NCBI GenBank assembly: GCA_964016885.1 | Contig: OZ024744.1 | Coordinates: 89,900,001-89,964,000, forward strand | Source: Eledone cirrhosa | Taxonomy: Eukaryota | Reading direction: 5' to 3' | Length of the DNA stretch: 64,000 nucleotides | In this document: positions 12,699 through 23,045 of the stretch, piece after piece | Position numbering within the stretch: the first letter of the stretch is position 1 | Layout of the letters: every line of letters starts with the position of its first letter | The notes under the pieces: generated by a model | Told to the model about the DNA's origin: nothing | The model's database searches: none | The model's input: only the letters and a program-made list of their open reading frames with translations | Program-made: the position numbers and the translations under genes

Positions 12699-13207
12699 GA
12701 TGGCTGACCCCTCGTTATCGAGTATGGCCATTGCATGATATAACATTATTAATAATTATCAATTAATGCTATCGTGCAATGCCTGTACGAGAAGATTTTT
12801 TTTAAAGTGAGGAAAGACTGTGCACTGAGCCAATCCCACTCTCTGAGTGACAGTAGCTATAACCCGAAAAGAAGAAAAGATCTACATCATCGGTAACCGC
12901 AGGTTTTATGTCGGAGTTGTCCCCGTTTCCTGAGTTGCCTTATGGTTTAACCAAGCGATCAGGTATCCAACCCGATTAGTTCTAAGTCCCCGCGCATATA
13001 TACACATATGTATACATCTATATACATATATACATACACACATATATACACATGCATACACATTTTTGGATGGCCGTTGACTCTTATGAGTTCTTCCGCC
13101 CTTTGTCAGGTTTTGCTTTTTGTCCTGCAGGGTGTCCAAAATCACCCTCCTCACCAAGTAAACTTGGTGGGGTTGCCGGTTTAGTCGCCGACGACCCGAT
13201 CATGTCA
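12699..13207 (-). mobile_element. RTE-derived non-autonomous element, divergent subfamily, split by a CA/TA repeat
   Basis: Minus-strand 3' end GGCCATACTCGATAACGAGGGGTCAGCCATC-(ATGT). 13065-13207 matches the 5' part of 14078-14678. Confidence 0.55.
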
Positions 13208-13277
13208 CATACATACATACACGCATACATACATACATACATACATACATACATACATACATACATACATACATACA

Positions 13278-13305
<28 letters not shown>

Positions 13306-13308
<3 letters not shown>

Positions 13309-14062
13309 GACATCACACCTTGAGGGATATCTCTATGCAATACAGGAACAAGAACTCCCTACCAAATATCTGCTGCACAAAAGAGGAGGGCCAGCAGCTG
13401 ACAATAAATGTAGGCTATGTAAAACAAAGATCGAGGATGTAAGCCACATTGTTGCCAGCTGCGAAAGAATGTCATCTCGCTACTACCTCCCCATGAGACA
13501 CGATGGGATAGCTAGAACTATCTGGAACGCACTTCGGAAAACAAAATTAACAACAAACGAGGAAGAATATATTGAGACAGATGGCACTAAGGAATACTGG
13601 TGGAACCTGAAAATAAAAACTGCCACCAAATTAAAGCACAACCGGCCTGATATTGTAGTTTGGGACCACACATTGAAAACGTGTTCTGTTGTGGAGATCA
13701 GCTGCCCACTTGATGTAAACGTTGTCAGAAAAATACAGGAGAAGGAGGACATCTACGGACCATTGATGAGGAGTTTACAAATCCAGTATCCAAGATACAC
13801 CTTTAGCTTCATACCCATCATTATTGGTGCTACGGGTTATATACCAACCCGCTTGGACCAAAGTATGACTGAACTTGGATTTGCGGACAAAAAGCGCAGC
13901 TCCCTAATTCATAGTCTACAAATGGGTGCGATAGCTGGCACCTTCAAAATTTGCAAAACATTCTTGCGATTCAAGGGATGACAATTTCTTTTCTTTTACA
14001 ACCTTGCCACCAGGAAGGTGGCCGGTCAAAAAAATATACTCGAAATTAAGAGAAAGAGAAAA
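13306..14062 (+). mobile_element. 5'-truncated copy of R4/Dong-like element A in (CATA)n
   Basis: Nearly identical to 20441-21197; CCHC knuckle, RHD and RPD..E RLE motifs; (CATA)n on both sides. Confidence 0.93.
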
Positions 14063-14077
14063 CATACATACATACAT

Positions 14078-14678
14078 GGTGGCTGCAAACTCGTTTTCGA
14101 GTACGGCCACTACTTTATATCCATGTAGGAGAACCCCTACCGATGCGCTGAACAAGTGTGACTTTTTAGTCCAGCCAGCAACTTGAAAACTGGTACAAAT
14201 ACTACACTTGTGACAATTATTGACACTTAGTGCTGGGCCCATGGTACCATGTGACGACAAGTGCAGAGAGATCTCCATATACAAAGCAATGCCTGTGCCC
14301 TGAAGCTTTTATAGTGAACAAAGGCACTGCACAAAGCCAGTCCCAACTCTTAACCAAAACGATATTTACCAAAAAGAAGAACAAGTCAACATCATTGGAT
14401 ACCATCAGGGTTGCAGGTATTATATCAGAGTTTTCCTTCTAGAATTCTGCCTTGACAAAGACTAAGGGGTCATCTCTCCCGGTGATTTTGGATGGCCATT
14501 GACTCTTAAGAGCGCTTTTGCCCTTTGACAGGTTTTGTTTTTAGTCCTGCAGGATGTCCAAAGTCACCCTCCTCAACAAGAAAACTTGGTGGGGTTACCA
14601 GTTTAGTCGCTAACGACCCGACCATGGGACAGGTTGTACTGGGATACATGTTACCAGTAGCACCAACTGGTGACCTGA
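14078..14678 (-). mobile_element. ~600-bp non-coding RTE-derived (bipartite) element with (TATG)n tail, copy 1
   Basis: The minus strand contains CTAGAAGGAAAACTCTGATATAATACC, resembling the RTE 5'-UTR motif. It ends GGCCGTACTCGAAAACGAGTTTGCAGCCACC-(ATGT)n. A second full copy is at 15093-15698. Confidence 0.7.
14598..14675 (-). ncRNA. Candidate HDV-like ribozyme at the element 5' end (also 15619-15695)
   Basis: The order P1 GGTCA / P2 CCAGT / L3 ACCTGTC / P1' TGGTC / GG / P4 GTCG-TTAG-CGA / J4-2 CTAA / P2' ACTGG fits the nested double pseudoknot. P3 is imperfect in both copies. Confidence 0.45.
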
Positions 14679-14773
14679 CATACGTACATACATACATACA
14701 TACATACATACATACATACATACATACATACATACATACATACATACATACATACATACATACATACATACAT

Positions 14774-14959
14774 GATGGCTGCAAACTCTCCTAAGAGTAC
14801 TGCAATCGCTTGTCAGATTACAGAAACTGAACAAGCAATGCCTGTGCTTTTAAGGTGAAGTGGGGAAAGGCCTTGCACTCGACCAATCGCACTCTCTGAA
14901 CATCGAAAACACTACCCGAAAAGGAGAACTGGTCAACATCATCGGATGCTTCCGAAGCG
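14774..14959 (-). mobile_element. 5'-truncated divergent RTE-derived element
   Basis: Same (CATA)n-GATGGCTGCAAACTC end; shares the aagcaatgcctgtgc and gtcaacatcat motifs with 14078-14678. Confidence 0.6.
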
Positions 14960-15092
14960 TACATACATACATACATACATACATACATACATACATACAT
15001 ACATACATACATACGTACATACATACATACATACATACATACATACATACATACATACATACATACATACATACATACATACATACATACAT

Positions 15093-15698
15093 GGTGGCTG
15101 CCAACTCGTTTTCGAGTACGGCCACTACTTTATATCCGTGTAGGAGAACCCCTACCGATGCGTTGAACGAGTGTGACTTTTTAGTTCAGCCAGCGACTTG
15201 AAAACTCTGGTACAAACACTACACTTGTGACAATTATTGACACATAGTGCTGGGCCCATGGTACCATGTGATGACAAGTGCAGAGAGATCTCCAGATATA
15301 AAGCAATGCCTGTGCCGTGAAGCTTTTATAGTGAGCAAAGGCACTGCACAAAGCCAGTCACACTGCCTTAACCAAGATTATATTTACCAAAAAGAAGAAC
15401 AAGTCAACATCATTGGATACCATCAGGGTTGCAGGTGTTATATCAGAGTTTTCCTTCTCCTAGAATTCTGCCTTGACAAAGGCTAAGGGGTCATCTCTCC
15501 CGGTGATTTTGGATGGCCATTGATTCTTAAGAGCTCCTTTTCCCTTTGACAGATTTTGTTTTTAGTCCTGCAGGATGTCCAAAGTCACCCTCCTCAACAA
15601 GAAAACTTGGTGGGGTTGCCAGTTTAGTCGCTAACGACCCGACCATGAGACAGGTTGAACTGGGATACATGTTACCAGTAGCACCAACGGTGACCTGA
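15093..15698 (-). mobile_element. ~600-bp RTE-derived element, copy 2
   Basis: Colinear with 14078-14678, with the same 5' (TCAGGTCACC) and 3' ends and (CATA)n on both sides. Confidence 0.7.
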
Positions 15699-15768
15699 TA
15701 TACATACATACATACATACATACATACATACATACATACATACATACATACATACATACATACATACA

Positions 15769-16759
15769 GAGTGAGAGTAATATAGATAAGGATTGTAGTC
15801 TATCTTGGACCAACAACCGCTATATTGGCTCCCACTTTGAAGATACGCTTTTGCAATCCAGGAACAGGAGATTAACACGAAATACCTGATTCACAAAAGA
15901 AATAGGGATGCAGGCAAAACACCTAGATGTGATAACAACTGCATACTCTGCAGAACTAACATCGAGGATATCACCCATGTCATCAGCAGCTGTCCAAAGA
16001 TGTCATCGCGGTACTATCTACCTACGAGGCATGATGTAGTGGCCAAAACAATGTACAATGCAGTTCGTAAAAAAGATAGCCCCGATAATAAACACATTAA
16101 AAGCTACAGCAATATGGAAGACATCAAGGTACATAATATGAAAGAGTACTGGTGGAATGTTCCAGTAAAAACCCCAATAAAATGCAGGCATAACAGACCA
16201 GATATTATGATATGGGACAGGGAGAAGAAAGCACACACAGTAGTGGAAATTAACTGCCCAGCAGATGCCAATATAATATCAAAGATTAGTGAAAAGGAGA
16301 ATATTTATGCAGAACTGATGAAAAATCTGCAGATACTCCACCCTGATTACACCTTCAGATTTATGCCTGTGATTATTGGGGCACTGGGATATGTTAGTAA
16401 CTGCCTCAATACAAATCTTGAGAAGCTAGGCTTCACAGGAACAGAAATAACACAACTAGTTAGGAAATTACAAGTACAATCCATTAATGGAACAGTAAAA
16501 ATATGTAAAACATTCCAAAAATGTTGCATCTAATAACTGCATATACACATGTACAGATACAAAGCATATACATATGCACACATACAACTCAAAACATACA
16601 GATCCACACATACAATAACATCCATATCTACACATACATACATACATATCTACCTAGTTGATGTTGTGTAAATTCCAATGAGAGAGTTTTGTGTCTGTGT
16701 TAGAGACCGACTCTCTCTCTCTATTGGTAAAATGTTGTGAAATTATAAAACCAGAAGAA
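15769..16759 (+). mobile_element. 5'-truncated R4/Dong-like element of a second family (C) in (CATA)n
   Basis: [50 protein letters not shown]: homologous to element A but clearly diverged. Ends CCAGAAGAA|CATAC. Confidence 0.9.
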
Positions 16760-16969
16760 CATACATACATACATACATACATACATACATACATACATAC
16801 ATACATACATACATACATACATACATACATACATACATACATACATACATACATACACACACACATACATACACACGTACATACATACATACATACATAC
16901 ATACATACATACATACATACATACATACATACATACATACATACATACATACATACATACATACATACA

Positions 16970-19900
16970 ATGGCGACCGTTGTGGTCAGTGTCCGATAAT
17001 TGGACGTGTGTAATTACGGCTTACATGAAGGCAACATACCATATATTGGAAAAAGTTGAGCTACATTACGCGGTAAGATTACATACAATAATTAATTCTA
17101 CATAAGTGTTTGAACTGTAAGTGTGTTGTAAAACACCTATTTATATGAACGATACATACACTTATGATATATGAACGATACATACACTTTAACATATAAA
17201 TGCAACGTTGTTATATTACATTTATAAAGAAATATAAAAGTAACGTTTTCGATTCAGAAACAAAAATATAAGTGTTTGAACTGTGAATGTTGTGAATATG
17301 TTGTAGAACACCTATTTATATGAATGATACATAAACTTTAACATATAAATACAGCGTTGTTATATTATATTACATTCGTAAAGGAATATACTAAGTAACG
17401 GTTCTTTTTGTTCTCGATTCAAACGATTCAAGAACAACGTTTAAAACACAGTTGTAGAATTAAAAACTAACTGAAAAGAAATATTACCCAAGCTGTGAAT
17501 AACTTTAAATTTGATTCTGACAGAACTTTGTCGTAACTTTTAAAGAAGATCATCGACTATTTAAAAAAAATAAATACAAAATATTAGTGAATAGACGAAC
17601 TCATCATGGCAAAAAGTACAAGTCTCCTTCGACCAAATCGCAATTACAACCGTTGTATACAGTGGAGCTACGAGCTTAACAAAGAATTATATGAAGCATA
17701 ACAAACAATCTGAACCCCAAAAGTTCGGTTTTATGCAAAGGCTAAAAACTTTATGGAACTCCAAACACCCAGAATTAGACTTTTCTCCAAAGCATCTAAA
17801 TGAACAGGCAAAACGTATCATTAGATGTAAATTGATACATCTAACGGAATCGAGTGATACTACAAATACAGCCCTTGTAGACAACCACCCCACCTCCACT
17901 GACAGACAAAGAGAATGGCCGGCTAAATCTAACAGTGAACAGCTCACCAACAATTTTGCTGAAATCCATCCCACTTCCACTGAAGAACAGCGAGAAAGGT
18001 CAGCTGACTCTAGTAGTAATTGTCACCACATCAACAACGAGGCTGCAATTCATGACTCTACTGAACAAACAGAGCACCAAAAACTTGTGGGCACCCTACA
18101 AGTGATATGGAACGATATGTTTCAAGAGATACACAGCCTTAATGTGAGTGACAGACCATACAACACTAGAGTCAGTAAAGAACCCACTAAATTGGAATTG
18201 GAAGCGGTGAACGAAATAGCTGGCAATTATCTGAAGGCTATACGATCTAAAGGTGTAGAAACGACATTTGAAACGCTCAATGTTTTGTTATATGTTTCAG
18301 CTGTCACATTGCTATCATATAACACACATCTAAAACCACGCAATCAAGATACAAACAGAAAGCCTGAACCAGCGTGGATGCGAAATTTAAAAACCAAAAT
18401 TTTGTCCCTGAGACGAAGTATCTCACACATCGCAGTCGTTATGAAATGCAACATAGAGAGAAACTTCACACGACACCAGGAAGACCTAAAGAAAAAGTTA
18501 GAGAGACGATTTGGAGATACCAAATTTAAAACTTTGAACTCCAAATTACACCAGTTGAAACAACAACTCACAGCTACAACAGAAAGACTAAAATATAAGT
18601 CAACAGCCCATAAACGACAAGTGCTAAATAGATTGTTTGCCAGAGATCCTAAATCAGTTTATCGCAGCTTCGGTGGCAAAAGCTCAATCCCTGTAAACGA
18701 CACCCCTTCAAAAGAACAGGTTGAGAACTACTGGAGATCTGTATGGGAAACGGATGACGGATTCAACAGACAAGCTAATTGGCTAAAACAACTGGAACAG
18801 GACTACTGCCAACATGTCCAGACAAAACAATATGACATAGATGGGTCAATACTGGAAACAGCTCTACAGAAAATGTCGAATAGGAAATCGCCAGGCCCAG
18901 ACCTCATTACAGGATACTGGTTGAAGAATTTCACTTTCTATCGGCAAGATCTCATACGGCTGTTTACAGAAACCATTAAGGGCACACAAGAACTGCCCAG
19001 ATGGTTATCAACTGCCACTACTCTCCTCATTCCCCAAAATAGCCAAACCACCCTTGCTAAAAATTACCGCCCAATTGCCTGCCAAAACATCATGTATAAA
19101 TTATATACTGGGTGCCTTAACCTGTTCTTACAGGATCACTGTGCTACCAACAACATCATAACACCTGAGCAAGCTGGTGGAAAGAGGGAGGTGTGGGGTT
19201 GCATAGATCACCTACTAACTAACAAAATGATTCAGGAAAAAACAACAAAGAATCGCAGAAACATGACTGTCGTGTGGCTGGACTATCAAAAAGCATTTGA
19301 TAGTGTACCTCATGGGTGGATTATTAAGGCTTTACAGTTAGCTAAAGTCCCACAACCATTAGTAGCTGCTGTTGAACGCCTGACCAAGAACTGGTACACC
19401 AATTTGATCCTTAGAGGTGAGAAGGAGCAGGTTAAGACTGATAGGATACATTACCAGAAGGGCATCTTTCAGGGTGATAGCTTGTCAGTACTACTCTTCG
19501 TTCTCTCACTGAATCCACTATCTTACCTACTCAGGAAACAAGGTGGACAAAGAAGTGGGCCCAGAAGTATCTCCCATCTTTTCTTTGTTGATGACCTGAA
19601 GTTGTATGGGCCAAATATCAATGACATCAAGAAACAATTGGACCTCATTACACAATTTTCAACCGACATCAAAATGAAATTTGGTGAGTCCAAGTGTGCA
19701 TATTTGGCAGTAAAACGTGGAAGAGCTGTGCCCTCCTCTAGAAATCTAGATATGAACGGCCTGACAATACAACCTCTGCAGTCAGGTGACAACTACAGAT
19801 ATCTTGGACAGGATGAGAATGTCAGATATGATGGACCCATAAATAAGGAGAGAACCAGAACTGAATACCTCAGAAGAGTAAAAAAAATATGGTCATCAGA

Positions 19901-21197
19901 ACTGTCAGCATACAACAAATACATTGCCCACAATACCTATGCTGTGCCAATTCTAACGCCAACATTTGGCCTACTGAACTGGTCATTGCAAGAACTAAGT
20001 GAGATGGATGTTAGAACTCGTAAACTTCTCAGTGTTACTGGGAACTTTAACATCAATGGTGATGTGGATAGGCTATACTTCTCACGCAAGGAAGGTGGCC
20101 GGGGTCTAAAATCAATATTAACAACATATGAGACCCGGATAGTAACACTGAAGCAACACCTTCAACAGAGGAAAAAGGTTGGCGACCATCTTGCTCAGGT
20201 TTATGAGCATGAAAAAAGAAATATCATTAGAATAGCGACTGATCTGGAGGAGAGATATGGAATAAAGCCTGATATAAATCTCTCACCCAGAGAAATCGGA
20301 AGATCCTATTCAATGTTCAAACAAGAAAAAAAAATTGACCAATTTACAGAGAAAGTTGTGCATGGATACTTGAGGCGTAAAACACAGACCATAGAGGGGA
20401 TAAACCACTCAAAAAGCCTGGCATGGAGTTCCGACAAGTTTATGACATCACACCTTGAGGGATATCTCTATGCAATACAGGAACAAGAACTCCCTACCAA
20501 ATATCTGCTGCACAAAAGAGGAGGGCCAGCAGCTGACAATAAATGTAGGCTATGTAAAACAAAGATCGAGGATGTAAGCCACATTGTTGCCAGCTGCGAA
20601 AGAATGTCATCTCGCTACTACCTCCCCATGAGACACGATGGGATAGCTAGAACTATCTGGAACGCACTTCGGAAAACAAAATTAACAACAAACGAGGAAG
20701 AATATATTGAGACAGATGGCACTAAGGAATACTGGTGGAACCTGAAAATAAAAACTGCCACCAAATTAAAGCACAACCGGCCTGATATTGTAGTTTGGGA
20801 CCACACATTGAAAACGTGTTCTGTTGTGGAGATCAGCTGCCCACTTGATGTAAACGTTGTCAGAAAAATACAGGAGAAGGAGGACATCTACGGACCATTG
20901 ATGAGGAGCTTACAAATCCAGTATCCAAGATACACCTTTAGCTTCATACCCATCATTATTGGTGCTACGGGTTATATACCAACCCGCTTGGACCAAAGTA
21001 TGACCGAACTTGGATTTGCGGACAAAAAGCGCAGCTCCCTAATTCATAGTCTACAAATGGCTGCGATAGCTGGCACCTTCAAAATATGCAAAACATTCTT
21101 GCGATTCAAGGGATGACAATTTCTTTTCTTTTACAACCTTGCCACCAGGAAGGTGGCCGGTCAAAAAAATATACTCGAAATTAAGAGAAAGAAAAAA
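16970..21197 (+). mobile_element. Apparently full-length R4/Dong-clade non-LTR retrotransposon (element A) in (CATA)n
   Basis: ~640-nt 5' UTR with an internal ~165-bp duplication, a single RT-RLE ORF, a short 3' UTR ending GAAAAAA|CATAC, and (CATA)n on both sides. Confidence 0.9.
17691..21116 (+). CDS. RT + CCHC + restriction-like endonuclease polyprotein (1141 aa; true start probably ATG 17606 with a 1-nt insertion near 17700)
   Basis: KSPGPD, YRPIAC, DYQKAFDSVPH, GIFQGDSLS, FVDDLK, YRYLG, GGRGL, CRLC..HIVASC, RHD and RPDIV..EISCP. Confidence 0.92.
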   Translation: MKHNKQSEPQKFGFMQRLKTLWNSKHPELDFSPKHLNEQAKRIIRCKLIHLTESSDTTNTALVDNHPTSTDRQREWPAKSNSEQLTNNFAEIHPTSTEEQRERSADSSSNCHHINNEAAIHDSTEQTEHQKLVGTLQVIWNDMFQEIHSLNVSDRPYNTRVSKEPTKLELEAVNEIAGNYLKAIRSKGVETTFETLNVLLYVSAVTLLSYNTHLKPRNQDTNRKPEPAWMRNLKTKILSLRRSISHIAVVMKCNIERNFTRHQEDLKKKLERRFGDTKFKTLNSKLHQLKQQLTATTERLKYKSTAHKRQVLNRLFARDPKSVYRSFGGKSSIPVNDTPSKEQVENYWRSVWETDDGFNRQANWLKQLEQDYCQHVQTKQYDIDGSILETALQKMSNRKSPGPDLITGYWLKNFTFYRQDLIRLFTETIKGTQELPRWLSTATTLLIPQNSQTTLAKNYRPIACQNIMYKLYTGCLNLFLQDHCATNNIITPEQAGGKREVWGCIDHLLTNKMIQEKTTKNRRNMTVVWLDYQKAFDSVPHGWIIKALQLAKVPQPLVAAVERLTKNWYTNLILRGEKEQVKTDRIHYQKGIFQGDSLSVLLFVLSLNPLSYLLRKQGGQRSGPRSISHLFFVDDLKLYGPNINDIKKQLDLITQFSTDIKMKFGESKCAYLAVKRGRAVPSSRNLDMNGLTIQPLQSGDNYRYLGQDENVRYDGPINKERTRTEYLRRVKKIWSSELSAYNKYIAHNTYAVPILTPTFGLLNWSLQELSEMDVRTRKLLSVTGNFNINGDVDRLYFSRKEGGRGLKSILTTYETRIVTLKQHLQQRKKVGDHLAQVYEHEKRNIIRIATDLEERYGIKPDINLSPREIGRSYSMFKQEKKIDQFTEKVVHGYLRRKTQTIEGINHSKSLAWSSDKFMTSHLEGYLYAIQEQELPTKYLLHKRGGPAADNKCRLCKTKIEDVSHIVASCERMSSRYYLPMRHDGIARTIWNALRKTKLTTNEEEYIETDGTKEYWWNLKIKTATKLKHNRPDIVVWDHTLKTCSVVEISCPLDVNVVRKIQEKEDIYGPLMRSLQIQYPRYTFSFIPIIIGATGYIPTRLDQSMTELGFADKKRSSLIHSLQMAAIAGTFKICKTFLRFKG

Positions 21198-21275
21198 CAT
21201 ACATACATACATACATACATACATACATACATACATACATACATACATACATACATACATACATACATACATACA

Positions 21276-21625
21276 TGATGGCAACCCCACTGTGATCGTG
21301 AATGGCTATCAATCAACGACATCAGCTTGGGTCGTGTGGGCACAACAAATAGATATGGCTTTTTAGGCCTGCTAATCACTTCCAATGTTTTCCGATTAGA
21401 TCACCTTTTAAGACTTCGGTCATCTATTTTACATCATTCAAAGATCCTATGATATCGAATGGTGCATGTGCGTGGAGTTTTTTTATTTTGAGGAAATACC
21501 TTTCACTGGACCAAGCCCACTCACTGAATAACAATAGATATAATCCGAAAGTGACATCAGAGTTTCCCTCTCCTAGAGAGATAACCTATCGAGGATCAGG
21601 TTATCTCACTTCCAGTCAGCTTACC
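21276..21625 (-). mobile_element. Divergent RTE-derived element
   Basis: (CATA)n-GATGGC end; minus-strand CTAGGAGAGGGAAACTCTGA motif at ~21557-21576. Confidence 0.5.
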
Positions 21626-22107
21626 GCACTCTCAGACACCAGCCTGTGTATTTCTATGTCGCTGCGTGTATATATATATATATATATATATATGATATTA
21701 AATAAATGGAAACTATATTTATAAAACCATATTTATTTCGTTATATATATTTCAGGGATATCATATTAACAATATGTTATGCCATCTTCAGACAAAATAC
21801 AATATAAACAGTCTTATAAATAAATAGATACGACATACCTTTCAATCACCTTGCATTTGGGAGGTTGATTTGTCAGTAAAAAATATTGTGGACAGTTGTA
21901 AAAAGAAAGAGATAAAGAGACAAAGAAAGAGAAACGAAGAAAAAGAAGAAATGCATGTGACTAAATAGAGGGATATAGAAAGATAGATAAAGAGAAGAAC
22001 TTCATGTAAAGAAACAGAGAGAAATATATATAGAGAGAGGAAAAAAAAAGAAAGAGATAGATAGAGATAGATAGAGAAATTAGGAAGTTGAGTATCGGTT
22101 GATACAT

Positions 22108-22138
<31 letters not shown>

Positions 22139-22444
22139 GCTCTAGTATTAATGTAAAGAGAGATGTATGTAGTTAAGAGAGAAAATAGCCGTTATATAGA
22201 GAGAAAAAAGAGAAAATGAAAAAGAGAAAATGAAACATAACCAGACATAAACAATGCAGAATTTAAAACCGCTATGTTTTACCCGTAGAAAATATTAGTT
22301 CGTATAAAACAGGCATTATAATGTAAGTACCAGTATTCATGAATGAGACATGTATCTATAATGTGTGAAAAGTAATGATCTTATGTCTAGTTTTTAAAAA
22401 TTCATATGTTTATATCATAATTATAAACAAACTCCCAATTCATA

Positions 22445-22665
22445 TATATATATATATATATATGTTTGTGCGCGCGCGTGTGTGTGCGTGTATCTGTGTG
22501 TCTGCGCACACTCAGACACCAGCCTGTGTATTTCTATGTCGCTGCGTGTATTTATATATGCTTGCTTGCGCGCGCGCGTGTGTGTGTGTGTGTGTATTTG
22601 TGTGTCTGCGCACACTCAGACACCAGCCTGTGTATTTCTATGTCTCTGCGTGTATATATATATGT
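22445..22665. repeat. ~115-bp tandem duplication with a partial third copy at ~21627-21680
   Basis: ctcagacaccagcctgtgtatttctatgtc occurs three times. Confidence 0.75.
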
Positions 22666-23045
22666 ACTAAGTGTCTACTTACTACGTATATAACTTCCTG
22701 TTTTTTGTTTTGTTTTGTTTTCCACGTGTAAATTCTATTAGTTGATAATACAACAGTAAGTCGTTCACATATTTATTTAAAGTTCAAATATGGTTTATTC
22801 TATATCCATATATCACTTTATTTTTTTTATTTATTTTTTTTATTTGTATTACTTTATTTTGATGGAAGATAATATTAGAGAAAAGCAATGAAGAATGACA
22901 TGATGCTGAATGAAAACAAAAGCAATATATACAAACACACACACACACCAACCACAACTAAATATGGAATGATACGCGATGGGCATCCCCAGCCCCCACC
23001 CACACAAACACACACCACCACCAGCACCACCACCACCACCACCAC

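Noticed and set aside
13052-13981. 309-aa ORF as a standalone nuclease gene
   Set aside because: It is a chance fusion of an antisense RTE-derived piece, (CATA)n and a truncated R4 3' end.
14565-14600. Twister-like TAACCCC..GAGGAGGG motif on the minus strand
   Set aside because: The P4/L4 (GGTCCCAAGCCC-type) segment is missing.
13208-16968. Repeat-spacer alternation suggestive of a CRISPR-like array
   Set aside because: The repeats are variable-length microsatellites, the spacers are retroelements, and no cas genes are present.
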